DNA from: an uncultured Acidobacteriota bacterium | GTDB taxonomy: Bacteria; Acidobacteriota; Vicinamibacteria; Vicinamibacterales; CAVVIG01 | Length of the DNA: 64,000 bases | Reading direction: 5' to 3' | Assembly (NCBI GenBank): GCA_963728825.1 | Contig: CAVSLA010000004.1 | Location: forward strand, 1,664,733-1,728,732 | Shown: positions 40,702 to 50,490 of the stretch, one piece after another | How positions within the stretch are numbered: the stretch's first letter is position 1 | How the letters are laid out: each line of letters starts with the position of its first letter | Made by a program: the position numbers and the translations under genes | Notes under the pieces: generated by a model | Told to the model about the DNA's origin: nothing | Database searches by the model: none | Seen by the model: the letters and a program-made list of their open reading frames with translations, nothing else

Positions 40702-41976
40702 TCAGGCTAACAGAATTACTTGCAGGTCGCCGACGTTGGTGCCGGTCGGACCCGTCTGGATGAGGTCGCCCAGCGCCGCAAAGAATGCATAGGCATCGTT
40801 GTTGTCGAGGAAGCGCGTGGCGGCCAGGCCGCGCTCGGCCGCGCGGTGTTCGGTCGAGGAATCGATCAACGCTCCGGCGGCGTCGGTGGGGCCGTCCACG
40901 CCATCGGTCCCCACACTGGCCACAGCATACGGCGGCGCGAGCGGCCGGGCGACGTTCATGGCGGCCAGGGCAAACTCCTGGTTTCTGCCACCCCGTCCCG
41001 TCCCGGTGACCCGAACCGTGGTTTCGCCGCTGGAAATGAAACAGGCGGGCCGGGGCCTGCTGCCCGCGACGGCGTCCGTGATCCGACCGCCCGCGGCAGC
41101 GCGCGCTTCTCCAACAACCGGGGCATCCGACACGTCGACCGTATAGCCACGGCTGCGAGCTTCGTCGGCTGCGCCCAGCATCGCGTCGCGGCGTCCGCCG
41201 ATCACCTGGGCGCGGCCTGCGGCTAGACGCGCGTCACCTGGCTTGAGCGTTTCCGTGAGCTCGCCACGCGCGCCACTGGACAAGCGCGACACCACGGCTT
41301 CGGGGAACGCCGCGACTCCGCCGTGCGCCTCGAGCACCTCGAGCGCCGCAGCGAACGTCGTCGGGTCGGCGACCGTCGGACCGGATCCGATCACGGACAG
41401 ATCGTCGCCGACGACGTCCGAGATGGCCAGCGTGAGCGTCGCCGACACGGTGGCCGCTGCGAGCCGGCCGCCCTTGATGGCCGACAGGTGCTTGCGCACG
41501 CCGTTCAACGCGCCGATCGACGCGCCACCCCGCAACAGCAGCTCGGTGGTGCGCGCTTTGTCGGCGAGGGTGACCCCTGCCGCGGGAACCGCCATCAACG
41601 CCGATGCCCCGCCGGAGAGCAGCAGCAACAGTGTGTCATCCGTCTCCGCCCGTGTGGCGAGTTGGAGAGCCCGCCGTCCGGCGATCTCGCTGGCGGCGGT
41701 GGGTGTCGGGTGATCGGCGATGAGCACTTCGAACGCACCGTCGGTGCCGGCAGGGGCAATGATCAATCCCTCGCGTACTCGCCCGCCAAGGTAGCGCGCG
41801 GCCGCCGCGCCCATGCCGTGCGCGGCCTTGCCGACCGCCAGGCAGACGACCGATCGAGTGGCGAGCGGCGTGTGGCCGAGCGCACGTGCGACCAGCCGGT
41901 CCGGATCGACCGCGCGGATTCCTGCTTGAACGATGGCCAGGAGGTCGGAGCGAAGATGTGGGAGCGAACGCGTCAG
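40702..41976 (-). CDS. Glycerate 2-kinase / hydroxypyruvate-reductase-like protein (DUF4147 plus MOFRL domains)
   Basis: LLLSGGASAL, KHLSAIKGG, ISDVVGD, SSGETTV..GRGGRNQEFAL, GTDGVDGPTDAAGA. The frame is open upstream of the first ATG (..LRSDLLAIVQAGIRAVDP..AVGKAAHGM). The only start-like codon there is a CTG at 41974-41976, which overlaps the upstream TGA. Confidence 0.8.
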   Translation of the reverse strand: MTRSLPHLRSDLLAIVQAGIRAVDPDRLVARALGHTPLATRSVVCLAVGKAAHGMGAAAARYLGGRVREGLIIAPAGTDGAFEVLIADHPTPTAASEIAGRRALQLATRAETDDTLLLLLSGGASALMAVPAAGVTLADKARTTELLLRGGASIGALNGVRKHLSAIKGGRLAAATVSATLTLAISDVVGDDLSVIGSGPTVADPTTFAAALEVLEAHGGVAAFPEAVVSRLSSGARGELTETLKPGDARLAAGRAQVIGGRRDAMLGAADEARSRGYTVDVSDAPVVGEARAAAGGRITDAVAGSRPRPACFISSGETTVRVTGTGRGGRNQEFALAAMNVARPLAPPYAVASVGTDGVDGPTDAAGALIDSSTEHRAAERGLAATRFLDNNDAYAFFAALGDLIQTGPTGTNVGDLQVILLA

Positions 41977-42257
41977 TGAGAGCGCTTCGGGTCGGACCAG
42001 TTCGACAAGCCGGTCACAACGTCGATCTTCTTGAGAAGAGAGCTGACCACCTCAGGCGCATCGTCCTGCGTGCACAGCTGTTCGAGCTGACCCATGATCC
42101 GCGCCAGCGCGGCTTCAACGTCGGTGATGGCGGTCTCTGAAAAATACGGGCGGTGGTGCTGGAGGCAACGATGATGTTTGACGAATTCTTCCCGGTAAAA
42201 CTCGGTGAGCGGGTGCAGCGCGCTGATCGGCTTCGAAGCGCTTACGAACCGTGGCAT
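41973..42257 (-). CDS. Hypothetical small protein downstream of ftsEX
   Basis: 94-aa ORF (..HPLTEFYREEFVKHHRCLQHHRPYF..). Lower GC by eye. It may really start at TTG 42327 (MTHLFTRHYTGFRSGEQLIPEDLHATVRKRFEADQ) and be joined by a frame change near 42225-42235. Confidence 0.4.
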   Translation of the reverse strand: MPRFVSASKPISALHPLTEFYREEFVKHHRCLQHHRPYFSETAITDVEAALARIMGQLEQLCTQDDAPEVVSSLLKKIDVVTGLSNWSDPKRSH

Positions 42258-42341
42258 GCAGGTCCTCGGGAATGAGTTGTTCGCCGCTACGGAAACCAGT
42301 GTAGTGCCGCGTGAAAAGATGTGTCAACGCCTTATCTGGGC

Positions 42342-43241
42342 TCAGTGCTGAGTCCGTCCGGTTGTGGCAGCGACCAGCCCGCCGAGGCAACCGACCAGTG
42401 TCCCACCCGCGACGAGCAGCAGGCACAGCCCGGGTGCAAGAAAGCGGATGCCTGACAGGTTGAGGGCTGCGGCCAACGGAACGAGATATGGGCCGCGAAT
42501 CAGCAGAAAAGACAGGGCAAGCGCCGCGAGCGCCACGAGGGCGCCGATGCCTCCCTGCAGCACGCCTTCCATCACGAACGGCCCACGGATAAAGGCCTGA
42601 GGGGCCCCGACGAGCTGCATGATTTCAATTTCGTCACGGCGGGCCCAGAGCGCCAGCCGCACCACGTTGGCCACTGTCAGCGCGGCAGCAATCGTAAGGA
42701 ACGCTCCGAGCAGCAGGCCGACTCCCTGAATGGTCGCCACTGCCGACAGCAGCCGGTCCAGCCACTGACGGTCGTAGCGGACATCGGAGACCCCCGAGGC
42801 CTGCTCCAGCTTTGCTGCAAGATCTTCAATCGCCGCGCCGGCACCGGGCGAGGCCTGCAGCCGGACTTCGTAGGAAGCCGGAAGCGGGTTCCCCTCCAAC
42901 GTGTCGACGGCTCCGGCCAGGTCGGCAAAGGTTTCCCGGAAGCGGGTCAGCGCCTCATCCTTCGTCACGAACTGATGCCCGGCCACGAGCGATCCTGATG
43001 CCAGGAGCGACTCGACCGCCTGCCGATCCGAAGGAGTGGCATCGTCCGTGAGGTAGACCGACATTTCCGCCGAGCGTCCCCACTCGTCCCCCAGCCGCTG
43101 GAGGTTCGAGGTTGTCAACAGGAACGCGCCCAGCACGAACAACGCCACGGCGATGGTGGCCATCGACAGGACGCCAGATCGCCGGCCGCGCCAGAGGCTC
43201 AACAGCGCTTCGTCGAAAGCGAACCGCAGGGCGCGCATCAC
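42342..43241 (-). CDS. ftsX: Cell division permease-like protein FtsX
   Basis: 299 aa, four TM segments with a periplasmic loop. Overlaps the ftsE stop (ATGA-type coupling). Confidence 0.9.
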   Translation of the reverse strand: MMRALRFAFDEALLSLWRGRRSGVLSMATIAVALFVLGAFLLTTSNLQRLGDEWGRSAEMSVYLTDDATPSDRQAVESLLASGSLVAGHQFVTKDEALTRFRETFADLAGAVDTLEGNPLPASYEVRLQASPGAGAAIEDLAAKLEQASGVSDVRYDRQWLDRLLSAVATIQGVGLLLGAFLTIAAALTVANVVRLALWARRDEIEIMQLVGAPQAFIRGPFVMEGVLQGGIGALVALAALALSFLLIRGPYLVPLAAALNLSGIRFLAPGLCLLLVAGGTLVGCLGGLVAATTGRTQH

Positions 43242-43897
43242 GCCATCTCGACGATGCGTCCCTGGTCCAGGGTGATCGTCCGGCGTCCGACACGGCGAAT
43301 CAACTCACGGTCATGCGTGGCCACGACGACGGTCGTCCCCCGTGCGTTGATTTCGCGAAAGAGATTCATGATTTCGAGCGACAGATCGGGATCGAGATTT
43401 CCGGTGGGCTCGTCGGCGAGCACGAGCTGCGGCTCGTTGACCAGGGCACGCGCGATGGCGACGCGCTGCTGCTCGCCGCCAGACAGCTCCTCCGGATACG
43501 CGTTCATTCGATGCTGGAGCCCGACCCACTTCATCACCTGGAACGTCTTGCGCTGCTGCGCGGCAACCGCCACGCCCAGCACGCGCATCACGAACGCCAC
43601 GTTCTGAAAGACGGTAAATCGGGGGATCAGCCTGAAGTCCTGGAAGACGAACCCGATGGCGCGTCGATAGCTCTGAATCTGCGAACCCTTGAGCTCGCGA
43701 AGATTGCGGCCGGCGACCTTGAGGTCGCCCTCGCTCGGCAGTTCCTCTCGCAGGAGCAGCCGCAGCAGCGTGGACTTCCCTGCTCCGCTTGGTCCGGTGA
43801 GGAAGAGAAACTCGCCTTTGTCGATGTTCAGCGTGAGATCACGAAGGGCGTAGACCCCTCGGCTGTAGAGCTTCGAAAGATGATGGGCTTCTATCAA
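43238..43897 (-). CDS. ftsE: Cell division ATP-binding protein FtsE
   Basis: [37 protein letters not shown] start at 43897. Confidence 0.93.
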   Translation of the reverse strand: MIEAHHLSKLYSRGVYALRDLTLNIDKGEFLFLTGPSGAGKSTLLRLLLREELPSEGDLKVAGRNLRELKGSQIQSYRRAIGFVFQDFRLIPRFTVFQNVAFVMRVLGVAVAAQQRKTFQVMKWVGLQHRMNAYPEELSGGEQQRVAIARALVNEPQLVLADEPTGNLDPDLSLEIMNLFREINARGTTVVVATHDRELIRRVGRRTITLDQGRIVEMA

Positions 43898-43898
43898 G

Positions 43899-45431
43899 TC
43901 ACCGGCCAGAACGCTGCCTGTGCACCACGGGAATTGTTGGGAGGCCGTCAGTATAACACTGGTGGGCGTGGGTCAAGCAGGTCGAGTGGTCAGCGAAATC
44001 GTTTTCCAGAGCCCGCTTCAGCAGCTCGTTGACCCGCTTCGGGTTGGTCTTACCCGCTGTCGCCTTCATGACTTGCCCGACGAGGAAGCCAAAGGTCGCG
44101 GCTTTGCCGGCGCGGTACTGCGCGACGGCGTCCGCGATGGGCGTCGATCACCTTCGCAATGAGGGCTGTGATCTGTCCCTCATCGTCGATCTGCGCGAGG
44201 CCTTCGGCCGCCACGATCTGCTCCGCCGTGCGGTCGCTGGCGAACATCTTCTCGAACACGTCCTTCGCCATCGCGCCGCTGATTTTGCCGGTCTCGACCA
44301 GGCGGAGCAATCCGGCGAGACGGTCTGGCGTCACCAGTGAGGCAGTCGATCCCGCCCCGCTCTTTCACGGCGCGCGCGAGCTCCCCCATGATCCAGTTGC
44401 TGGCCGCTTTCGGCTGCGCGCCCGCCTCGACCGTCGCCTCGAAGAAGTCGGCGACTTCCCGCGCCTGGGTCAACTGTCCCGCGTCGTACTCCGGAAGACC
44501 GAATGACTCGACGAAGCGGCGCTTGCGAACGTCGGGCAGGTCGGGCATCTGGCCGCGGATGACGTCGACCGCCGCCGAAGACACGGTCACCGGCGGCAGG
44601 TCGGGCTCGGGAAAATATCGATAGTCGTGCGCCTCTTCCTTCGAACGCATCGAGACCGTCACGCCCGCACCCGACTCGAACAGGCGCGTCTCCTGGACGA
44701 CGCGGCCGCCGCTTTTCAGCACGTCGATCTGGCGGTCGATCTCGTACTCCAGCGCCTTTTCGAGGAAGCGGAACGAATTCAGGTTTTTGACCTCGGCCTT
44801 CGTGCCGAGCGCGGTCGCGCCGGCCGGACGGACCGAGACGTTGGCATCACAGCGCAGGCTGCCCTCTTCCATGTTCCCGTCGTTGACGCCCAGCCAGACG
44901 AGCATTGCACGCAGCCGCGCGAAGAATTCCGCGGCATCCGCCGCAGACCGCAAATCCGGTTCGGTCACGATTTCGATGAGCGGTGTGCCGCTGCGGTTGT
45001 AGTCGACGTAGGTCTTCCGATCGGAATCGGGGAATCCTTCGTGCAGCGACTTCCCGGCGTCCTCTTCGAGATGCACGCGCGTGATGCCGACCCGCGTCGG
45101 CATCGAGCTCCAGCGCGCCCTGCGCTCGCGAGCGGCTGCTCGTACTGTGAAATCTGATACCCCTTCGGCAGATCGGGATAGAAGTAATTCTTCCTGCGCG
45201 AAGATCGATCGCTCGTTGATGCGACAGCCGAGCGCCAGCGCGGCGCGCACCCCGAGCTCGACCGCCATCCGGTTCAAGACCGGCAGCGCCCCCGGCAGGC
45301 CCAGGCAGACCGGGCAGATGTTCGTGTTCGGTGCGGCGCCGAACGCCGTGCTGCAGCCGCAGAAAATCTTCGAACGCGGTCAGGAGCTGCGCGTGGATCT
45401 CGAGGCCGATGACCGGCTCAAACTCGCTCAC
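43899..45431 (-). pseudogene. gatB: Asp/Glu-tRNA amidotransferase subunit B; at least six frame changes
   Basis: GTG at 45431 ([16 protein letters not shown]). [45 protein letters not shown] and a GatB/YqeY tail are spread over three frames. Shifts lie near 45375, 45196, 45120, 45093, 44345 and 44141. The 3' end is uncertain: the stop as read is 43899-43901, with an alternative TGA at 43990-43992. Confidence 0.88.
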
Positions 45432-45442
45432 GGGTCCCGATT

Positions 45443-47036
45443 CTAAACGCGGGGGCCGGCGGCGCGGACCTCGGGGGATACGTCGGCCTCGAAGGTCCGG
45501 AAGTTGTCGGCGAACATGCGCGCCAGCTTTGCCGCCTGGCGATCGTATTCGGCCGGATCCGCCCACGTCGCGCGCGGCTTCAGCACGTCGGCGGGCACAT
45601 CGGGACAACTGGTCGGCACGGCGACGTTGAATACCGGATCCTGCTCGTACTCGACCGCGTCGAGCTCGCCTGCCAGGGCGGCGCGGATCATCGCGCGCGT
45701 GAAGCGGATTTTCATTCGGGCACCGACGCCGTACGGGCCGCCGCTCCACCCGGTGTTGACCAGCCATACCCGGGCGCGGTGCTTGGCGATTTTCTCGCCC
45801 AGCATCGACGCGTAGCGGCTCGGCGGCAGCGGCAGGAACGGCGCGCCGAAGCAGGTACTGAAGGTCGCGCGCGGTTCGGTGACGCCCTTTTCGGTGCCGG
45901 CGACCTTCGCGGTGTAGCCGGACAGAAAGTGGTACATCGCGCCTTCCGAGCGTCAGCCGCGAGATGGGCGGCAGCACGCCAAACGCATCGGCCGTCAGCA
46001 TGACGATGTTGGCGGGATGGCCGCCCTGGCCCGAGGACTCGGCGTTGGCGATGAACGAGATCGGATACGCCGCGCGCGTATTCTCGGTGTAGCGATCGTC
46101 GTCCAGGTTCAAGTCGCGCGTCGCCTCATCGATCACCACGTTCTCGAGCACCGTCCCGAAGCGGCGGGTCGTCGCGTAAATCTGCGGCTCGGCCTCCGCC
46201 GAGAGCCTGATCGTCTTGGCGTAGCAGCCACCCTCGAAGTTGAAGACGCCCCGATCGCTCCAGCCGTGCTCGTCGTCCCCGATCAGACGCCGTTCGGGAT
46301 CGCTCGACAGCGTCGTCTTCCCGGTGCCCGAGAGGCCGAAGAACAGCGCGACGTCCCCGGCGGCGCCGATGTTGGCCGAGCAGTGCATCGACAACACGCC
46401 GCGCAGCGGCAGCAGGTAGTTGAGGACCGTGAAGACCGATTTCTTGATTTCGCCGGCGTAGCTCGTGCCACCGATGAGCACCAGCCGCTTCGGCGAAGCT
46501 TACGGCGATCACAACCTCGGAGTTGGCTGCCGTGACGAGCCGGGATCTGCCCGGAAGCCCGGCGCGTCGAGGATCGTGAACTCGGGCGTGTGGCCGGTCC
46601 TGATCATCGGCGACGATGAACAGGTTTCGTGCGAAGAGGCTGTGCCAGGCGTAGTCGGTGATGACGCGAATTGGCAGGCGGAACTGCGGATCCGCGCCGG
46701 CATGGCAGTCCTGCACGAACAGATCAGCTCGTTCGAGGGACGTCAGGAGGTCCGCCCGGAGCGACTCGAACTGCGCCTCCGTCATGGGCCGATTGACGGT
46801 GCCCCAGGCGACATTGCTTCTCGTCTGAGCATCCCTGCACGATGAACTTGTCGTTGGGTGACCGGCCGGTGTGCTGGCCGGTTCGGCAGACGAGCGGGCC
46901 TTGGGCGGCGATTTGCCCCTCGTCGCGTCGGACGGCCTCCTCGTACAGCGCGGCGGTCGGATAGATTCCAGCGGGCCCGAGCGCCCTTGAGGCCCTCGGC
47001 CTCCAAAGATCGGCCCCGCTCCACGCCGGTGCTCAT
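45443..47036 (-). pseudogene. pckA: ATP-dependent phosphoenolpyruvate carboxykinase; seven frame changes
   Basis: ATG at 47036 (MSTGVERG..). [84 protein letters not shown]. Seven successive one-base frame steps lie near 46957, 46812, 46614, 46545, 46527, 46491 and 45945. Confidence 0.88.
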
Positions 47037-47104
47037 CGAGTCCCTCGATCGTAGGCTTCAGGATCCGTGGAAGTCAAACAAATGCAGGGGGCTATGCGGT
47101 AAAC

Positions 47105-47131
47105 TGTAAACGGTTTAGCCCGGGTATCGTA
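47105..47131 (+). promoter_or_regulatory. Candidate ECF-type promoter upstream of the ECF sigma gene
   Basis: TGTAAAC-N16-CGTA (AAC..CGT core of ECF promoters), 9 nt before the ATG at 47140. The same pattern lies at 49880-49907. Confidence 0.35.
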
Positions 47132-47139
47132 GTTTCTTT

Positions 47140-47832
47140 ATGAATGAGCGGATCCCTCGACCTGCCGACGAGCACAAGCCGGCGGTGGCGCCCACAGGGC
47201 ACGTCGCGCCGGTCCGCCGTGCTGCGACGCGCCACAGAGCTCGGAAGACACTGAGCTGGCCGTCGAAATCCGCGGGCTTGCTCGAACGCGGTGCGGTCGA
47301 ACAGGCGCGCGGAGCGGTTCGCCGGATCTCGTCGTCGCGGCATCAGCGGCGGGCGCTCCGCATCGCCTATCAGTATCTTCGCGACGCCGCGGACGCCGAC
47401 GAGGCGGTCCAGGACGCGTTCGTCAAGGTTTTCGCTCACATCGGCTCGTATCGGGAGGCCTGGCCGTTCGAGGTCTGGTTCACACGGATTCTCATCAACG
47501 GCTGTCTGGATCGCCGCAAATCGCGCGCGCGCCGCGAACGATGGTTCGCTCCCGCGGAGGAGGCTGGGCCGGACGACGGGCGCGCGACATTCGGCGGAGC
47601 GGCGCCGCTCGATCCCGAGGCGCGCCTGCTCGCCCGCGAGCGCCGCTCGAGGCTCGCTGCGGCCATCGATCGGCTCGACGGCCGACAGCGGACGGTTTTC
47701 ATGTTGTGTCACTACGGCGACTGCACGCCGCGCGAAGTGAGCGCCATCACCGGCTTGAACGAGTCGACGGTGCGCGTCCATCTGTTCCGCGCGGCTCGGA
47801 AGCTGCGGGGCCTGCTTGGAGGAAAGCCGTGA
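47140..47832 (+). pseudogene. ECF-family RNA polymerase sigma factor; ORF open but its N-terminal third contains compensating frame changes
   Basis: Regions 2 and 4 are clear (RRALRIAYQYLRDAADADEAVQDAF.., TPREVSAITGLNESTVRVHLFRARKL). Upstream, the expected ..AERFA-DLVV-RHQRRAL is split over three frames (extra bases near 47324 and 47337). The true start is unresolved. Confidence 0.8.
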
Positions 47833-48442
47833 TCGCTCGTGCACATCATCTTGCCGAAGATCGCCTGTTCGACTGCTACGTGGCGGAGCGGGCCGGAGAA
47901 CCGCTCGATCCACCGGCCGCCGAACACCTGGCTGACTGTCATGAGTGCGGCGGCCGCTATGCAGAGCTGACCGCGTTCATGGACGGCCTTCGGGGCGAGG
48001 CGGACGTCGAGACCGACACGCTCTTTCCGGCCGACTGGCGCTACGACACAGCAGCAGTCGATTCTGCGGCGCATCGAACACCTCGGGCAGGCTGCCCGCG
48101 TCATCACGTTCCCCGGCCGGCTGGTTGCCCGGCACATCACGCAGGGCACGCGGATGCGTGTCTCGCCGTGGCCGGCTGCCGCCGCTGCCGCCTGTCTATT
48201 CGTCGGCGTCGCGGTGGGAATGTTCTACGACGGGCAGAACCGCCCGGCCAGCGTCGCGGCCTTGCGTCCGGCATCGGCCCCCGCCGCCCCGCCGCCCACG
48301 ACTTTGGCGCCGGTGGCGTTGGATACCGACGCGTTTCTGTCAGAGCTCGAGCGCGCGCTCGGCGGGATCGCAGATTCCGGAACTGATGTCGCTCGACGTG
48401 CTGACGCCGCACGTTCGCGAGATCTCGCTGAACGCTCGATAA
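47829..48442 (+). pseudogene. Anti-sigma factor (zf-HC2-like, single TM); two frame changes
   Basis: The GTG at 47829 overlaps the sigma TGA. HLADCHECGGRYAEL is followed by a TM segment WPAAAAAACLFVGVAVGMFY in the frame of ORF 48154..48480. The tail ..IPELMSLDVLTPHVREISLNAR is in the frame of ORF 47945..48442. Confidence 0.6.
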
Positions 48443-48443
48443 A

Positions 48444-49619
48444 TTGTCCAGCCTCACCTTCAGGAAGGGGCTCGATCTGAAGCAGGCCGTCGCCGGCATG
48501 CTGGCAGCGAGCTATCACAGCGAACTCGTCGATCGCATCAAGGCGCAGGATTTCCTCTACACCTCAGGCCGGCTGACCATCCGCCTGGCCCGGGAGTTCG
48601 GGTTCTGCTACGGCGTCGATCGGGCGGTCGATTACGCCTATCAGACGCGCCGCCGGTTTCCCGATCGGCCCGTGTATCTGACCGGCGAAATCATCCACAA
48701 CCCTCACGTCAACGATCAGCTGCGGGCGATGGGAATCGGCTTCCTGAGCGACGCCGGCCAATCGATCGAGCAGCTGACCGGGAACGATGTGGTGATCCTT
48801 CCGGCGTTTGGCGTCACCGTGGCGCATGCTCACGCAGCTGGAACAGCGCGGCTGCACGCTCATCGATACGACCTGCGGCTCCGTGCTCAACGTGTGGAAG
48901 AACGTCCGCCGCTACGCCGAAGGCGGGCTACACGTCCCTCATTCACGGCAAGGTCTGGCACGAGGAAACGCAGGCGACCGCTTCGCACGCCGTTCAGTAT
49001 GGCGGCCGCTATCTGGTCGTGCTCGACGACCTCCAGACCGGCCTGGTGTGCGACTACATCCGCGGCCGCGGCGATCGCGAAGCGTTTCTCGCGCAATTCG
49101 GCGGCGCCGCCTCGAGCGGGTTCGATCCCGACGTCGACTTGCGCCGCATCGGCCTCGCCAACCAGACGACGATGCTGATGTCCGAATCGCTCGCGATCGG
49201 CGAGATGCTCAAGGCGGCGATGGTCGAGCGTTATACGCCGGCCGAACTGGACACGCACTATCAGGCATTCGACACGATCTGCAGCGCCACCCAGGACCGG
49301 CAGGACGCGGTCGTCGCCCTGCTGGCGGAGGGTCCGCCGGACCTGATGCTCGTCATCGGCGGGTACAACAGCAGCAATACGTGCAACCTGGCTCGCATCT
49401 GCGCCGGCCCGCTGCACGACGTTTCACATCGCGGATCCTGATTGCCTGGAGTCGGCTGACGCGATCCGGCATCGGCCGGTGGGGGTCAAATCAGAGACGA
49501 AGACGACCGGGTGGTTGCCCACGGCCGGGCCGGTTACGGTCGGGCTGACTTCGGGGGCGTCGACACCTGATAATCTGGTCGGGTCGGCCGTGGAAAAATT
49601 GGCCGCTTTTTGCGGCTAG
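48444..49619 (+). pseudogene. ispH: 4-hydroxy-3-methylbut-2-enyl diphosphate reductase (long form); three frame changes
   Basis: FGFCYGVDRAV, IIHNPHV, DTTCGSVLNVW, SLIHGKVWHEETQAT, GLANQTTML, FDTICSATQDRQ, VIGGYNSSNT. Shifts lie near 48821, 48928 and 49421. TAG at 49617-49619. Confidence 0.85.
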
Positions 49620-49879
49620 CGGACGGCGGCGGCCAATCGCCTGGGCGCCGCTTCCCGGTCGCCGGCCGACGTGAGGCGGCCGAGGCCGAGCAGCAGCAGC
49701 GCCAGGACCAGCCACGCGCCAAAAATCACTCGCACAGCGGCTCGTGAACGCAACCGGAATGCCAGCAGAAAAGCATCCGTTTTCCAGCCACTCTGCTACT
49801 ATTTTCATCTTGTCCGCAGCTCAGCCGGCGTCCCCACTGTAGCGCGCGGCGTCGGGCAATTCGTGAAAAATCTAAGGCG

Positions 49880-49907
49880 GATAAACACAACCGGCAGTCG
49901 CATCGTA
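49880..49907 (+). promoter_or_regulatory. Candidate ECF-type promoter upstream of the Spy-like/efflux cluster
   Basis: GATAAAC-N17-CGTA, about 36 nt upstream of the ATG at 49943. Same AAC..CGTA architecture as 47105-47131. Confidence 0.35.
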
Positions 49908-49942
49908 TTTCCTTCAAGAACAGCTATTTCAGAGGTTTACGC

Positions 49943-50489
49943 ATGATGCTGTCCCGACTCTGTGGCGTGGCGTCCGGCGCCGTTCTGCTGAGCCTGGCGG
50001 TCGTGCCGGTGGTCGCTTCCAACCAGCAAGGTCCACCGCGGGGTTGGTGGCGGACTGAATCCATCGTCAAGGATCTCGGGTTGACGCCCGAGCAGTCCAC
50101 GCGCCTGAACGCCATTTTTGAAACGCACGATGCCCGAATTGCGCCTGGACCGCGAAGAGCTCGAGCGACTCGAAGCCAAGCTCTCCCGGATGATTCAGGA
50201 CGACCGGATCGACGAGGCCTCGCTGGCCCGGCAGATCGACCGCGTCGAAACAGCTCGCGCCACGGGGAACAAGACGCGCTCCGTGATGCTGACCCGCATG
50301 TATCGGGTGCTGACGAAGGACCAGCGCCTGCGCTTCGACCAGCTTTCGAAACAGTGGGCCGCTGCCCGGGCGGACGCGGGGCTTCGCCCGTGTTCCCGCC
50401 ATCGGCCAAGCCGGCGGCGCCCCAGGGCAACAGTCCGGCCGACCCGCAGCGGCGTCCGCAGTAACAGATCGACGATTTCAGAGGATTGA
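49943..50489 (+). pseudogene. Periplasmic Spy/CpxP-family (LTxxQ) protein; at least one frame change
   Basis: A signal peptide and LGLTPEQSTRLNAIFE (ORF 49943..50464) continue as PELRLDREELERLEAKL..LTKDQRLRFDQL in ORF 50118..50489. The shift is near 50125. The C-terminus is uncertain. Confidence 0.6.
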
Positions 50490-50490
50490 G

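Noticed and set aside
47037-47098. Sigma-54 (GG-N10-GC) promoter in the pckA/sigma divergent spacer, and in the 19021-19045 spacer, prompted by the nearby NtrC-type activator
   Set aside because: TGGAAG..AATGCA and TGGCAG..AAACTC do not fit the TGGCAC-N5-TTGC spacing.
49616-49808. Small minus-strand ORF(s) between ispH and the Spy-like gene (MKIVAEWLENG.. and VIFGAWLVLALLLLGLGRL..)
   Set aside because: A TM-like segment exists, but the two parts are in different frames, there is no family match, and the region also has to hold the candidate ECF promoter. Support is insufficient to call a gene.
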